Below, in pieces: positions 23,588 to 36,229 of a stretch of DNA of 64,000 nucleotides; the stretch's first letter is position 1; the number at the start of each line of letters is the position of its first letter. The translations under genes and the position numbers were made by a program. A model generated the notes under the pieces. The model had not been told where the DNA came from. It did no database searches and worked only from the letters and a program-made list of their open reading frames with translations. Source of the stretch: Pristiophorus japonicus (lineage: Eukaryota); contig NW_027252079.1 of the NCBI RefSeq assembly GCF_044704955.1, positions 248,001 to 312,000 of the forward strand, written 5' to 3'.

Positions 23588-24503
23588 GTGAGCGGGGAGA
23601 TTGTAGCAATAAGTGAGAGACTGTGACTATTTCCGGTGCCTGTGCAAGGGCCAATTCATTATATAAAGTGTTTAATGGGCTACTCTGATCATTCAGGTTG
23701 GTAATTCCACGAACTCAGCACTCTGGGACCTGACATTACGTATTTGGGGAAACTGGATAAGTCCATGAGCGAGAAAGGAAAAGAAGGGTATGTTATTAGG
23801 GTTAGGTGAAGTGAGCTAGGAGGAGGCTTGTGTGGAGTATAAACACCTGTCTAGATCAATTGGCCAAATCTCTTCGTTCTGTGCAGTAAATTCTATGTAA
23901 TTTTCCAGTCCAACCTTTCAAGATTGAGAGAGAAAGATTACGTTCCCTCTGCTAAGGGATGGAAAAACAGAGAGGCCCCAGAGGGGAAAAGGAAAAGCGT
24001 TAAAATTCAACACAGAGCCAATTTCTCTCACATGTAACCACAGGATATTGGCTGAATTTAAATGAAGAAGGCGAGTTGGGGGCGGGTGGCTCACAGGCCA
24101 CCCGGGAGAACGGGAGGATTGGAAGCCGAGTGAGGAGGTCTCGGATCGTGGGGGGTGGGTTAGGCAGGGACCCTGGATCCAGGAGGTGGGCGTAAGGGCA
24201 ATTACCACCTGCGTGCAGCAGTCCCCGCCTCGCTGTAACTGCTGGGATTTACACAGTGTGTCAAACTGGACCAGCGACAGTTCAACACCAAATGGAGGTT
24301 AAAATAGAGGATTCCCACCTCATTTAAATATATTATTCAAATATGATATTACAACCGGAAGTGGGCGGGTTCAGGTCGGGATTCCGAAGTTTACCAATTC
24401 AACCACCCCTTCGCCCCCAACCCGCCCACTTTATTAGGTTAAAATTACCCCATTGTCTCTGGACTTGTCCAGTTCATTGACCTTTATTTTAACTGTTCTA
24501 CAG

Positions 24504-24895
24504 CGAAAGATCCGCGGGAACCGGCCGTGTCTGTCCTGCTGCCCTCGGCAGAAGAAGTCTCCGCTCAGAGCTTGGTCAGCCTCACCTGCTTAGTGAGAGG
24601 TTTCTCCCCCCGAGAGATCTTCGTCAAGTGGACCGTCAATGACAAGCCGGTGGATTCCGGCAACTACAAGAACACAGAGGTGATGGCGGAGAACGGCAGC
24701 AGATCCTTCTTCACGTACAGCCTGTTATCCATTGCAGCCGAGGAGTGGGCCAGCGGCGCTTCTTACTCCTGTGTGGTGGGACATGAAGCGATCCCCTTGA
24801 AGATCATCAACAGAACAGTCAATAAATCCAGCGGTAAACCCAGTTTTGTCAATATTTCCCTTGTTCTGATGGACACCGTCAATTCTTGTCAATGA
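24504..24895 (+). CDS. IGHM: IgM C-mu4 exon plus secretory tailpiece
   Basis: ctacag acceptor; [11 protein letters not shown]...LTC...KW...YSCVVGHE; internal donor after 24833 (GTAAAC); tail [20 protein letters not shown] with NIS sequon and penultimate Cys. Confidence 0.96.
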
Positions 24896-24921
24896 GAATC
24901 TCTCGATTGCATCAGTTCTGA

Positions 24922-24983
24922 AATAAAAACCAATAAAGAGCTTTGCTTCCAATCGTGAGTTAAACACACTGCCGCTCAATAAA
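24922..24983 (+). terminator. Poly(A) signals of the secretory mu mRNA
   Basis: AATAAA at 24922, 24932 and 24978. Confidence 0.75.
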
Positions 24984-25304
24984 TTGTGTTTCCTATTTTT
25001 GCCAATATGAGGCCTGTTTATCTGAAGTGTGGTGTTTGCGGGTCTCGGGCCCAAGGGTTGTACAGCCAGCGCTCCCAGCTCAGATACACCATGTGTTAGA
25101 GACACGGTGAATCTGTGTCATTACAGGATTCCTGACAGTAACTTCAGCAAATTTCCTCCCTTTCCCATTTCTGACAAATAAACGCAGCACATTTAGATCT
25201 CGGTGTCCCTATTTCTCGGGTTGTCCAGCCCGAATTCAGAATCGAAGTCAGTTTGATATTGCAGCATTGCAACCACTGGCAACTGAAGTGAGGGCCACAC
25301 ACGG

Positions 25305-28260
25305 ACACGGACTGTACCCCTACTCCCCGCCAGAGAGAGAGGAAAGGTTAATTGTTAACCAACTTTAGTCCTACTCCCCGCCAGAGAGAGGTGAAAGGAT
25401 AATTGTTAACCGAATTTAGTCCCGCCAGAGAGAGGTGAAAGAGTAATTGTTCACCGACTTTAGTCCCACTCCCCACCAGAGAGAGGGGAAATAGTAATTA
25501 TTATCGCACTTTAATATTACTCCCACATCAGCGAGACAGAGGAACAGCAATTGTTCCCACTGTACACTCACTCCCCCACCAGAGAGAGGGGAATGAGCAA
25601 TTGTTAACCCACTGTATCAGACACTTCCCCAGCAGAGAGAGGGTAAAACACAATTATTAGCTCACTAAGACAATCCCTCAGCAGAGAAATGGGGACGGGT
25701 AATTGTTAATCCAATGTACCTCCCCACTCCCCCAGCAGAGAGAGAGTAAAGTGTAATTATTAACTCACTGTTCCACCCCACTCCCCCAGCAGCGAGAGAG
25801 TAAAGTGTAATTATTAACTCAATGTAGCTCCCCACTCCCCCAGCAGAGAGAGAGAAAAGCGTAATTATTAACTCACTGAACCTCCCCAATCCCCCAGCAG
25901 AGAGAGAGAGTAAAGGGTAATTATTAACTTACTGTACCTTCCCACTCCCCCAGCAGGGAGAAAGCAAAGTATAATTATTAACTCACTGTACCCCCCCACT
26001 CCCCCAGCAGGGAGAGAGAGAGTAAAGGGTAATTATTAACTCACTGTACGTCCCACACATCCAGCAGGGAGAGAGTAAAGTGTAATTATTAACTCACTGT
26101 GCCTCACCACTCCCCCAGCAGGGAGAGTAAAGGGTAATTATTAACTCACTGTATCTCCCCACTCCCCCAGCAGAGAGAGAGTAAAGTGTAATTATTAACT
26201 CACTGTACCTCCCCACTCCCCCAGCAGAGAGAGAGTAAAGTGTAATTATTAACTCACTCTACCTCCCCACTCCCTCAGCAGAGAGAGAGTAAAGGGTAAT
26301 TAGTAACTCACCGTACCTCCCCACTTCCCCAGCAGGGAGAGAGTAAAGGGTAATTATTCACTTATTGTATCTCCCCACTCCCCCAGCAGAGAGAGTAAAG
26401 TGTAATTATTAACTCACTGTACATCCCACACATCCAGCAGAGAGAGAGTAAAGTGTAATTATTAACTCACTATACCTCCCCACTCCCTCAGGAGAGAGAG
26501 AAGAAAAGGTAATTATCAACTCTCTGTACCTCCCCACTCCCCCAGCAGAGAGAGAGTAAAGGATAATTATTAACTCACTGTACCTACCCACACCCCCAGC
26601 CGGGAGAGAGTAAGAGGTAACTATTACCTCACTGTACCTCACCACTCTCCCAGCAGGGAGAGAGTAAGGGGTAACTATTACCTCACTGTACCTCACCACT
26701 CCCCCAGCAGAGAGAGTAAAGGGTCATTATTAACTCACTGTACCTCCCACACATCCAGCAGAGAGAGAGTAAAGGGTAAATATTAACTCATTGTACCTCC
26801 CACACATTCAGCAGAGAGAGAGTAAAGGGTAATTATTAACTCATTGTACCTCCCCACTCCCCCAGCAGGGAGAGAGTAAAGTGTAATTATTAACTCACTG
26901 TAACGCCCACTCCCCCAGCAGAGAGAGAGTAAAGGGTAATTATTAACTCACTGTAACTCCCACTCCTCCAGCAGAGAGAGAGTACAGAGTAATTATTAAC
27001 TCACTGTATCTCCCCACTCCCCCAGCAGAGAGGAGTAAAGGGTAATTATTAACTCACTGTACCTCCCACACATCCAGCAGAGAGAGAGTAAAGGGTAATT
27101 ATTAACTCACTGTACCTCCCCACTCGCCCAGCATGGAGAGAATAAAGGGTAATTATTAACTCACTGCACGTCCCCACACCCCCAGCAGAGGGAGAGTAAG
27201 GTGTAATTATTAACTGACTGTACCTACCCACTCCCCCAGCAGAGAGAGAGAGTAAAGGGTAATTATTAACTCACCATACTTCCCCACTTCCCCAGCAGGG
27301 AGAGATTCAAGGGTAATTATTAGCTTATTGTACCTCCCCACTCCCCCAGCAGAGAGAGAGTAAAGGGTAATTATTAACTCACTGTACCTCCCCACTCCCC
27401 CAGCAGAGAGAGTAAAGTGTAATTATTAACTCACTGTACCTCCCCACTCCCCCTAAGAGAGAGAGAGTAAAGTGGAATTATTAACTCACTGTATCTCCCC
27501 TCTCCCCCAGCAGAGCGAGAGTAAAGGGTAATTATTAACTCACTGTACCTCCCCACTCGCCCAGCAGGGAGAGAATAAAGGGTAATTATTAACTCACTGT
27601 ACATCCCCACACCCCCAGCAGAGGGAGAGTAAGGTGTAATTATTAACTGACTGTACCTACCCACTCCCCCAGCAGAGAGAGAGAGAGAGTAAAGGGTAAT
27701 TATTAACTCACCGTACTTCCCCACTTCCCCAGCAGGGAGAGATTCAAGTGTAATTATTAACTTATTGTACCTCCCCACTCCCCCAGCAGAGAGAGAGTAA
27801 AGGGTAATTATTAACTCACTGTACCTCCCCACTCCCCCAGCAGAGAGAGTAAAGTGTAATTATTAAATCACTGTACCTCCCCACTCCCCCCGCAGAGAGA
27901 GAGTAAAGGTAATTATTAACCTACTGTAGCTCCCCATTCCCCCAGCAGGGAGAGAATAAAGTGTAATTATTAGCTCACCGTACCTCCCCATTCCCCCAGC
28001 AGGGAGAGAGTAAAGTGTAATTATCAACTCTCTGTACGTCCCCACTCCCCCAGCAGGGGGCGAATAAAGCGTAATTATTAACTCACTGTATCTCCCCTCT
28101 CCCCCAGCAGGGAGAGAGTAAAGTGTAATTATTAACTCATTGTCCGTCCCCACTCCCAGAGCAGAGAGAGAGAGTAAAGGGTAATTATTAACTCAGTGTA
28201 CCTCTCACACCCACCAGCGAGAGGGGAAATGGCAAGGTGTAATCCATGTAACCCCCCACT
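25305..28260. repeat. ~54-bp minisatellite (~55 copies) in the C-mu4 to TM1 intron
   Basis: aattattaactcactgtacctccccactcccccagcagagagagagtaaagggt. Confidence 0.95.
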
Positions 28261-28859
28261 GCCCCTCCCGCAGAGAGATGAGAAGTGAACCACTCTCTTT
28301 TTTATGGACTAACTTGGCATCAGTACAATGTCAGGTTCTAACTCATGGTCTGAAAATTTTAAACGTGCCACATGAGTATTATATTCTGAAATAACTATTT
28401 ATACCTTGTAATATTTTTAAACAGGGTTGCGGGTGAAACTGTCCCTGTTAATTGTAAACTAACATATTGAATTCTAATGGGCCATATCTAAACTGGTGAT
28501 TGAATCCTCTGCGGGATTCTCACAGTTGTGTCCCTGATGTTTCTGAGGCCCATTGGTTGAATTGTTGAATTCCTTCGGCTGACATCACATTGCGCCTCAC
28601 ACAGAACACACTTACAGAGTGGAGGAGAATAAATGTAAATGTGAGTTTGTGTGTGTCCACCTGTAAGTATGTTGATGATTGTGAGTAAGTGTGCGTGTTT
28701 TTCTGTAAGTGCACAATTACACATAAACACACATAGACTTACATATAAAGACACACATTAACACTCTGACACAGAATATTACTCATAACCAGAATATAAT
28801 GAAAACCATCATTGTCAAATCCAGTTATTGGTACTCTCTGAAACTTTGAACAATAGCAA

Positions 28860-29660
28860 TAATACACATCAATCTAAACACACACTTACACAAAGCACAC
28901 TTACACACATTTACACACACATAAACACACACATCAATCCACACATACACTTACACAAAACACACTTACACACAATTACACACACATAAACACACACATC
29001 AACCCACACACACACTTACACAAAACACACACACACACTTACAAACACATAAACACACACATCAATCCAAACACACACTTACACAAAACACGCACACACA
29101 CAAACTTACCTGCAAACCCACTGTTACGTATAAACACGCAAACGCTTACACCTAAACATAAACAAACACTGAGACATAACCATACACTTACCGGGAAATA
29201 CGCACCTGAACACACTTAGGCAAGCATGAACACACATATAAATCCAAACACACACTGACACAAAACACACACACACAAATTTACATGCAAACACACTGTT
29301 ACACAAACACACACACACACATATACTTATACATAAATATAAACAAACACTTAGACATAACCATGCTCATTCACTTACAGATAAACACACACGTGAAAAC
29401 ACTTGCACATAAACATACACACACACACACATCAACACACAAACCCTTAGACATGAAAATGCTTACACATAAACGTACATGCACTCACCTGCACCAAATC
29501 GCACACTCACAATTACAGATAAACACACACACTTGCATATAAAAACACACACACTCATACACAAAACACACACAAAGACTTACACACACATGCACAATAT
29601 TGCAATACAGACACGCAAAACCCCACACATCATAGGGACACACAAACACGGACTAATCCA
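28860..29660. repeat. Degenerate (CA)-rich simple repeat
   Basis: acacac runs with taa/ctt interruptions. Confidence 0.9.
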
Positions 29661-30320
29661 GAACAAGAGATAGTCATACACTCACATAAACATTAAAGAG
29701 CACAAACAAAAAGTCAGGCTTTGGACGAATGTAGAATTAAAATGCATTTTTTGAACAGACAAAGTATCCAACGGTTGGCCTGAATAAATAATTCCAGATA
29801 CCATAATGTCTCACATTTCACTATTCTGGCCTTACACATACGCTGGATCAATGTAGTTGTTGCAAACTGACACAAGTTAATTATGGTCAGAGCATTGCCG
29901 TAACAAATAAATAAACAAAGTTATAACTCACAACTGTTCTCTTACATAAACCCCTTCACAGGCTCCAAATAAGTAACTACCTTAACCTACCGGTAAAATA
30001 ATCGATATCCAGCTGTATACCTGCCTCGCTGTTTCATCATATTATTCCTGAATGATAGATCGTAGCAAAGTCATCCAAAATGACATTGAAGAATATTTTC
30101 TAAAACGGACTATAGGAAGATCATAAAGGAAAAGCGGCTGTGGAGCGAGGAACATAGACAGATTGCTGAGAGTGATTACCTTAACACAAGATATATATTG
30201 AAAGTTAAATTAGAGAACAAACTAATACCTTAAGGGAAATAAAAGAAAATATAAAATAATAATATGATATCCAGGATTAATAAGCGATCTGAATATATTT
30301 CCTCCCTTACATCCCCGTAG

Positions 30321-30448
30321 ATTCCTCAGACCACATCTGGAATGAAGACTATGAGAACGAAAGCGGCAACATCTGGACAACCGCTTCCACATTCATCATC
30401 CTGTTCGTCCTGACCATTTCCTACAGCGCTGCCGTCACGTTGGTGAAG
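30321..30448 (+). CDS. IGHM: IgM transmembrane exon TM1
   Basis: ccccgtag acceptor; DSSDHIWNEDYENESGNIWTTASTFIILFVLTISYSAAVTLVK; phase fits the C-mu4 internal donor. Confidence 0.93.
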
Positions 30449-30588
30449 GTGGAAAGATTCAATCGGCTCACACGTCCATCTGACTGAAGCGGTTTGACAA
30501 ATCTCTGGATGTTTCATTGATAAAATCCCCTAGATAAATGCTCCAGACCACTAAACCTCCGCTTCATTCTTTTATCTCTCTTTTACAG

Positions 30589-30597
30589 GTCAAGTGA
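30589..30597 (+). CDS. IGHM: IgM TM2 exon (VK*)
   Basis: Long pyrimidine tract ending ttttacag, then gtc aag tga, giving the KVK tail; AATAAA at 30662. Confidence 0.9.
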   Translation, partial: VK

Positions 30598-30954
30598 TGG
30601 TCTGAATTTCGGCCGTCGTGGATTTCCCTAATCTGTTTATTATCATCTCTGTGTCATTAAAAATAAAATATGTCCTCCTGGTGATTCTCAGAGTAAAATG
30701 CCTTCAGTTAATAGATCCGAATCGGTAGCTGAGAAATATATAACTTGGATTTCAGTCTTTCTGTTTGAAATGTGTGCGATAATTGTGGCTGTAATGTAAC
30801 TGTATCTCAGAGTTTCACCGTGCCTTGAATATTTCATGTGCAAATAAGTAGCTTTTCTCATTCTTATTCACAATTGTTCCCTTCCCTTTATGCTGAGCCC
30901 CTGTTCTCTCTTTCTTTCTGGTGTCTGTCACAGCTGCACAGATAGCTGGCAGCA

Positions 30955-31380
30955 CCAACATAAGAACATAAGAAATAGGAGCAGGAGTAGGCCATACGGC
31001 CCCTCGAATCTGCTCCGCCATTCAATAAAATCATGGTTGATCATCAACCTCCACTCCATTTTCCCGCTCGATACCATATCCATGATTCGATAAGAATCCA
31101 AAAATCTAACCATTTGAGCCTTGAATATATTCAGAGACTCAGCATCCACAGCCCCCTGGGGCAGATAATTCCAAAAATTCACAACCCTCTGAGTGAAGAA
31201 ATTCCTCCTAATCTTTGTCTTAAATGACCGATCCTTTATCCTGAGACAGTGACTCCTAGTTCTAGACTCTCCAGCCAGGAGAAGCAAAGCTTCAGCATTT
31301 ACCTTGTCAATCGCCCTCAGAATCTTATGTTTCAATCAGATCACCTCTCATTATTTAAACTCCAGAGAGTGCAGGCCCAA
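30955..31380 (-). mobile_element. CR1 3' fragment
   Basis: RRNFFTQRVVNFWNYLP; aacataagaacataag tail. Confidence 0.85.
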
Positions 31381-31704
31381 TCCGCCTGTGTTCAGTTCTC
31401 AATGTATCGCTCAGTTATATTCACTTTGTGTTCCCTTTTTTAAACTTCCCTGTAAATTGTTTTCTGTGAAATTGTTAATAAATCTGGCATGACAAATGAA
31501 CTAACTTGGACTTTGCTGTATTACTTTCTCCACGGCTCCTCCACGCGCTCCATTTTCCCTGTCACACTGTTTTATTTCCCTGACAGGTATTTTTCACCAG
31601 TCCTGTCTGGGTTGTGTTTGAACCCAAGTCCCAATGGTGAAAGAGCCACTGCGCCACCGAGTGTCCCATCAGAGTAAAGACAACTCTACCGCTGCCTTGT
31701 TACA

Positions 31705-31967
31705 CCTGGGAGTCCCTGGCGGAGGAACTGCATCCGAGAGGGCGCAGAGCACCTCGAGTCTCAACGCTGAGAGCATGCAGAAATCAAGCGCAGACAGTGG
31801 AAGGAGCATGCAGCAAACCAGTCCCACCTTCCTCTTCCATCAACGTCTGTCTGCCACACCTGTGACAGATTCTGTGGCTCTCGTATTGGACTGTTCAGCC
31901 ACCAAAGAACTCACTTCAGGAGTGGAAGAAAGTCTTCCTCAATTCCGAGGGACTGCCTATGATGATG
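31705..31967 (+). mobile_element. RTE 3' fragment
   Basis: gagggactgcctatgatgatg tail. Confidence 0.8.
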
Positions 31968-32109
31968 TCCGGCCCCGAGGCGGAATTACTGTGCAGCGAC
32001 CAAGTACACCATGCAGTCTCCTCTAATATTATGGTCTGTCACGGTGACATGACAGGTTCATGACAGGACGCTGCCCTGTCACATCTTGTCACAGATCAAA
32101 AACGGCAGA

Positions 32110-32295
32110 GTACACTGTCCCACCAAACACTCCCAGGGCAGATACAGCACGGGTTAGATACAGAGTAAAGCTCCCTCTACACTGTCCCATCACACACTCG
32201 CAGGGCAGGTACAGCACGGGTTAGATACAGGGTAAAGTTCCTTCTACACTGTCCCATCAAACACTCCCAGGACAGGTCCAGCACGGGTTAGAAAT
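32110..32295 (-). repeat. 66-bp repeat family, inverted
   Basis: cactgtcccatcaaacactcccagggcaggtacagcacgggttagatacagag. Confidence 0.8.
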
Positions 32296-32747
32296 CTGAC
32301 ATAAACACCCCAGGGAGCACAACCCCGGGGAATGATTCCCAGAGCCCGGTGCCCATCAGATACACACACGCTCTCTCGACTGTCTTCTGTTGTACTCACT
32401 GACCCTCTCAATTTTCCAGGTGAACACACAGAGTGGCTGCAGCTTTTAGACAGTATTTCACAGAGATGAGAGGAGGCCCCGCCCGCGGCCCGCGGGTATT
32501 ATTGAGTTTCTCCGCCGATGGGCTCGGTGGGGGCAGGGTGTGTGATCGCCGGGCAAAATCCAATTCTGATCTAATACCATTTTCGTTTTGACTAGGCCAA
32601 GTGTACGAGTGGAGCCCTCCTCTCTGGGATGGCACTTGTACAATGATTTAAACAGACCGAGGAGCAAAGTAACCACCTCCAATCCTGCTCTAATCTCAGC
32701 AACACCCATTAACACTAACACTCTGTCTCCTGTTTCAAGATTACAGT

Positions 32748-33218
32748 TCTCCCTGCTCTGCTACATTCCCGCTGATACCATCTCCCTGAACTCACTGATC
32801 ATCACCCCGGGAATCCTGTCTCCCTGCTCTGCTACATTCCCTCTGATACCATCTCCCTGAACGCACTGATCATCACCCCAGTGATCCTGTCTCCCTGCTC
32901 TGCTACATTCCCGCTGATACCATCTCCCTGAACTCACTGATCATCACCCCGGCGATCCTATCTCCCTGCTCTGCTACATTCCCTCTGATACCATCTCCTG
33001 AACTCACTGATCATCACCCCAGGGATCCTATCTCCCTGCTCTGCTACATTCCCTCTGATACCATCTCCCTGAACTCACTGAGCATCACCCCGGGGATCCT
33101 GTCTTCCTGCTCTGCTACATTCCCTCTGATACCATCTCCCTGAACTCACTGTTCATCACCCCGGGGATCCTGTCTTCCTGCTCTGCTACATTCCCTCTGA
33201 TACCATCTCCCTGAACTC
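32748..33218. repeat. ~71-bp tandem repeat (~6.5 copies)
   Basis: ctccctgctctgctacattccctctgataccatctccctgaactcactgatcatcaccccggggatcctgt. Confidence 0.92.
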
Positions 33219-33844
33219 ATTGAAGACCACGTAAAATGCCAGTGACATTCGCTTCCTGTTTCCCTGAACTTTGGGAACTCTGTCCTTCACCGGCTGAACT
33301 TTCTTTCAGAGCCTCCCGACCACGAAACACCTCCCAAGGTTTCTGGTCACACCCAAGTATCTTCCGGCGCTGCTCTTCCTCTAACCCCATGGATTTCAGG
33401 CGAGGCCTCCTGTAGTAGAATAGCACTTCGGATTGGCGAGAGGGAAGACTCAACGGCGCTTTTGAAGGGGCTTGGAAGTGAGTTTGGGAATGGATGGAGT
33501 TGGTGACTAAACTCTGTCTCTGCCCCAATCTCTCTCCCGCCCCTCTGAGCTACGTCTGCCCTCAGCCACCATCGCTGTTTCTCCCTGTCTCCCTGTCCTG
33601 TCTCCAGGCCCGGCGACTCTCAGGGTGTGGGAGGCATCTTGAAGAGTTCGCACACTGACCCCGGGTCTTCAGCCCTGAGTCAGGGGTCACAGGTTGCACA
33701 AGCTGTGGCCCTTAGCGCTGAGCGAAGGTCGGAGATGGCCTGTGACCCCCTGACCCTGAATCAATGGGAGAAACAGCCAATCACCGTACTCCGACCGACT
33801 GACAGGATTGTGGCGTCATCCACTGCAGGTCCAACCGGCGGCCG

Positions 33845-34010
33845 CGTTTGTGTGGCGTCACCGGTGATGTTTGTGTGACGTTTTCAGCCATGTTTGTGTG
33901 ACGCCACCGGCCATGTTTGTGTGACGTTGGTGGTGATGTTTGTGTGACGTCATCGGTGATGTTTGTGTGACGTCATCTGTGATGTTTGTGTGATGTTACC
34001 GGTCATGTTT
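33845..34010. repeat. ~23-bp repeat with CRE/ATF sites
   Basis: atgtttgtgtgacgtcatcggtg unit; perfect TGACGTCA at 33945 and 33968. Confidence 0.75.
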
Positions 34011-34089
34011 GCTCACTGCCACATCGCTTGATCCAGATTCCCATAAGCTCCATCCACCCTGCTGCCCCCGTCTTCCCCTTCCCCCATAC

Positions 34090-35858
34090 AGGTCCAGAGT
34101 GGGGTTATTGGACGATAGGGCTATTCCCAATGATACAGAGTGGGGTTTATTGAGGATGGGGCCATTCCCAATGAAGCAGAGTGGGGTTTATTGGAGGATG
34201 AGGCCATTCCCAATGATCCAGAGTGGGGTTTATTAGAGGATGGGGCCATTCCCAATGATCCAGAGTGGGGTTTATTGGAGGATGGGGCCATTTGCAATGA
34301 TCTAGAGTGGGGTTTATTGGAGGATGGGACCATTCCCAATGATCCAGAGTGGGGTTTATTGGAGGATTGACCATTCCCAATGATCCAGGGTGGGGTTTAT
34401 TGGAGGATGGACCATTCCCAATGATCCAGAGTGGGGTTTATTGGAGGATTGACCATTCCCAATGATCCAGAGTGGGGTTTATTGGAGGATGGGGCCATTC
34501 CCAATGATCCAGAGTGGGGTTTATTGGAGGATTGTCCATTCCCAATGATCCAGGGTGGGGTTTATTGGAGGATGGACCATTCCCAATGATCCAGAGTGGG
34601 GTTTATTGGAGGATGGGACCATTCCCAATGATCCAGAGTGGGGTTTATTGGAGGATTGACCATTCCCAATGATCCAGGGTGGGGTTTATTGGAGGATGGA
34701 CCATTCCCAATGATCCAGAGTGGGGTTTATTGGAGGATTGACAATCCCAATGTTCCAGAGTGGGGTTTATTGGACGATGGGGATGTTCCCAATGATCCAG
34801 AGTGGGGTTTATTGGAGGATGGACCATTCCCAATGATCCAGAGTGGGGTTTATTGGAGGATGGGACCATTCCCAATGATCCAGAGTGGGGTTTATTGGAG
34901 GATTGACCATTCCCAATGATCCAGGGTGGGGTTTATTGGAGGATGGACCATTCCCAATGATCCAGAGTGGGGTTTATTGGAGGATTGACCATTCCCAATG
35001 TTCCAGAGTGGGGTTTATTGGACGATGGGGACGTTCCCAATGATCCAGAGTGGGGTTTATTGGATGATGGGGCCATTCCCAATGATCCAGAGTGGGGTCT
35101 ATTGGATGATGGGGCCATTCCCAATGATCCAGAGTGGGGTTTATTGGAGGATTGACCATTCCCAATGATCCAGAGTGGGGTTTATTGGAGGATGGGGCCA
35201 TTCCCAATGATCCAGAGTGGGGTTTATTGGTGGATGGGGCCATTCCCAATGATCTAGAGTGGGGTTTATTGGAGGATGGGGCCATTCCCAATGATCCAGA
35301 GTGGGGTTTATTGGAGGATGGGGCCATTCCCAATGATCCAGAGTGGGGTTTATTGGAGGATGGGGCCATTCTCAATGATCCAAGGCGGGGTTTATTGGAG
35401 GATGGGGCCATTCCCAATGATCCAGGGTGGGGTTTATTGGATGGGCCATTCCCAATGATCCAGGGTGTGGTTTATTGGAGGATGGGACCATTCCCAATGA
35501 TCCAGAGTGGGGTTTATTTGAGGATGGGACTATTCCTAATGATACAGGGTGGGGTTTATTGGATGGACCATTCCCAATGATCCAGATTGGGGTTCATTGG
35601 AGGATGGGACTATTCCCAATGATCCAGGGTGGGTTTATTGGAGGATGGGACCATTCCCAACGATCCAGAGTGGGGTTTATTGGAGGATGGACCATTCCCA
35701 ATGATCCAGCGTGGGGTTTATTGAGGATGGACCATTCCCAATGATACAGGGTGGGGTTTATTGGAGGATGAACCATTCCCAAATATCCAGGGTGGGGTTT
35801 ATTGGAGGATGGACCAATCACAATGATCCAGGGTGTGGTTTATTGGAGGATGGGATTC
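34090..35858. repeat. 40-42-bp minisatellite (~43 copies)
   Basis: ccattcccaatgatccagagtggggtttattggaggatgggg. Confidence 0.95.
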
Positions 35859-35956
35859 TGGGAACCCAGTTCGTTGAACAAGCTTCTCCCACTGGAACAG
35901 GACAGTGCGCAGGCGCAGTTTGCAGGAAATGCAGCTCCAGCTGTCACCCGCTCTCA

Positions 35957-35970
35957 CGCCAGGGGGCGCC
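35957..35970 (+). promoter_or_regulatory. CTCF-like motif
   Basis: cgccagggggcgcc, close to the CCASYAGRKGGCRS consensus; NRF1-like tgcgcaggcgca at 35906-35917. Confidence 0.55.
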
Positions 35971-36229
35971 ACTGAGCAGTAAAGCCCGAGGCCTCGGTGA
36001 TTGGTCCAGTCAAACGACAATCAAAGGCCAGCAGCCAATCTGCTTGGCCCAAGGCTTGTCCCCAACCACTTCGAACTGCCGCAGATTGTGGCGGCAAAAT
36101 TCAAAGCATGGTGTCTGTGTCCTCAGGATGTCCTAAAGCGCTTTACAGCCAATGAATTCTTGTACAGGGGTTCTGAGGAATTTTTATAACACGGGAGGGG
36201 ACTCAGAGCAAAAAGGTTGAGAAGCCCTG

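Noticed and set aside
24020-24452. Possible MITE in the C-mu3/C-mu4 intron
   Set aside because: GC-rich internal inverted motifs are present, but I could not define terminal inverted repeats or a TSD
18502-24895. IgW or IgNAR identity
   Set aside because: Four C domains, mu-type tailpiece, KVK tail and a conventional VH with full FR2/CDR2 fit IgM
25305-28260. Classical switch region or CRISPR-like array
   Set aside because: Lies 3' of the C exons, is not AGCT-rich and has no unique spacers; its ORFs are repeat translations
34009-36136. Repetitive protein ORFs (PNDPEWGLLEDGAI)
   Set aside because: Products of a 42-bp satellite; frequent 40/41-bp units shift the frame
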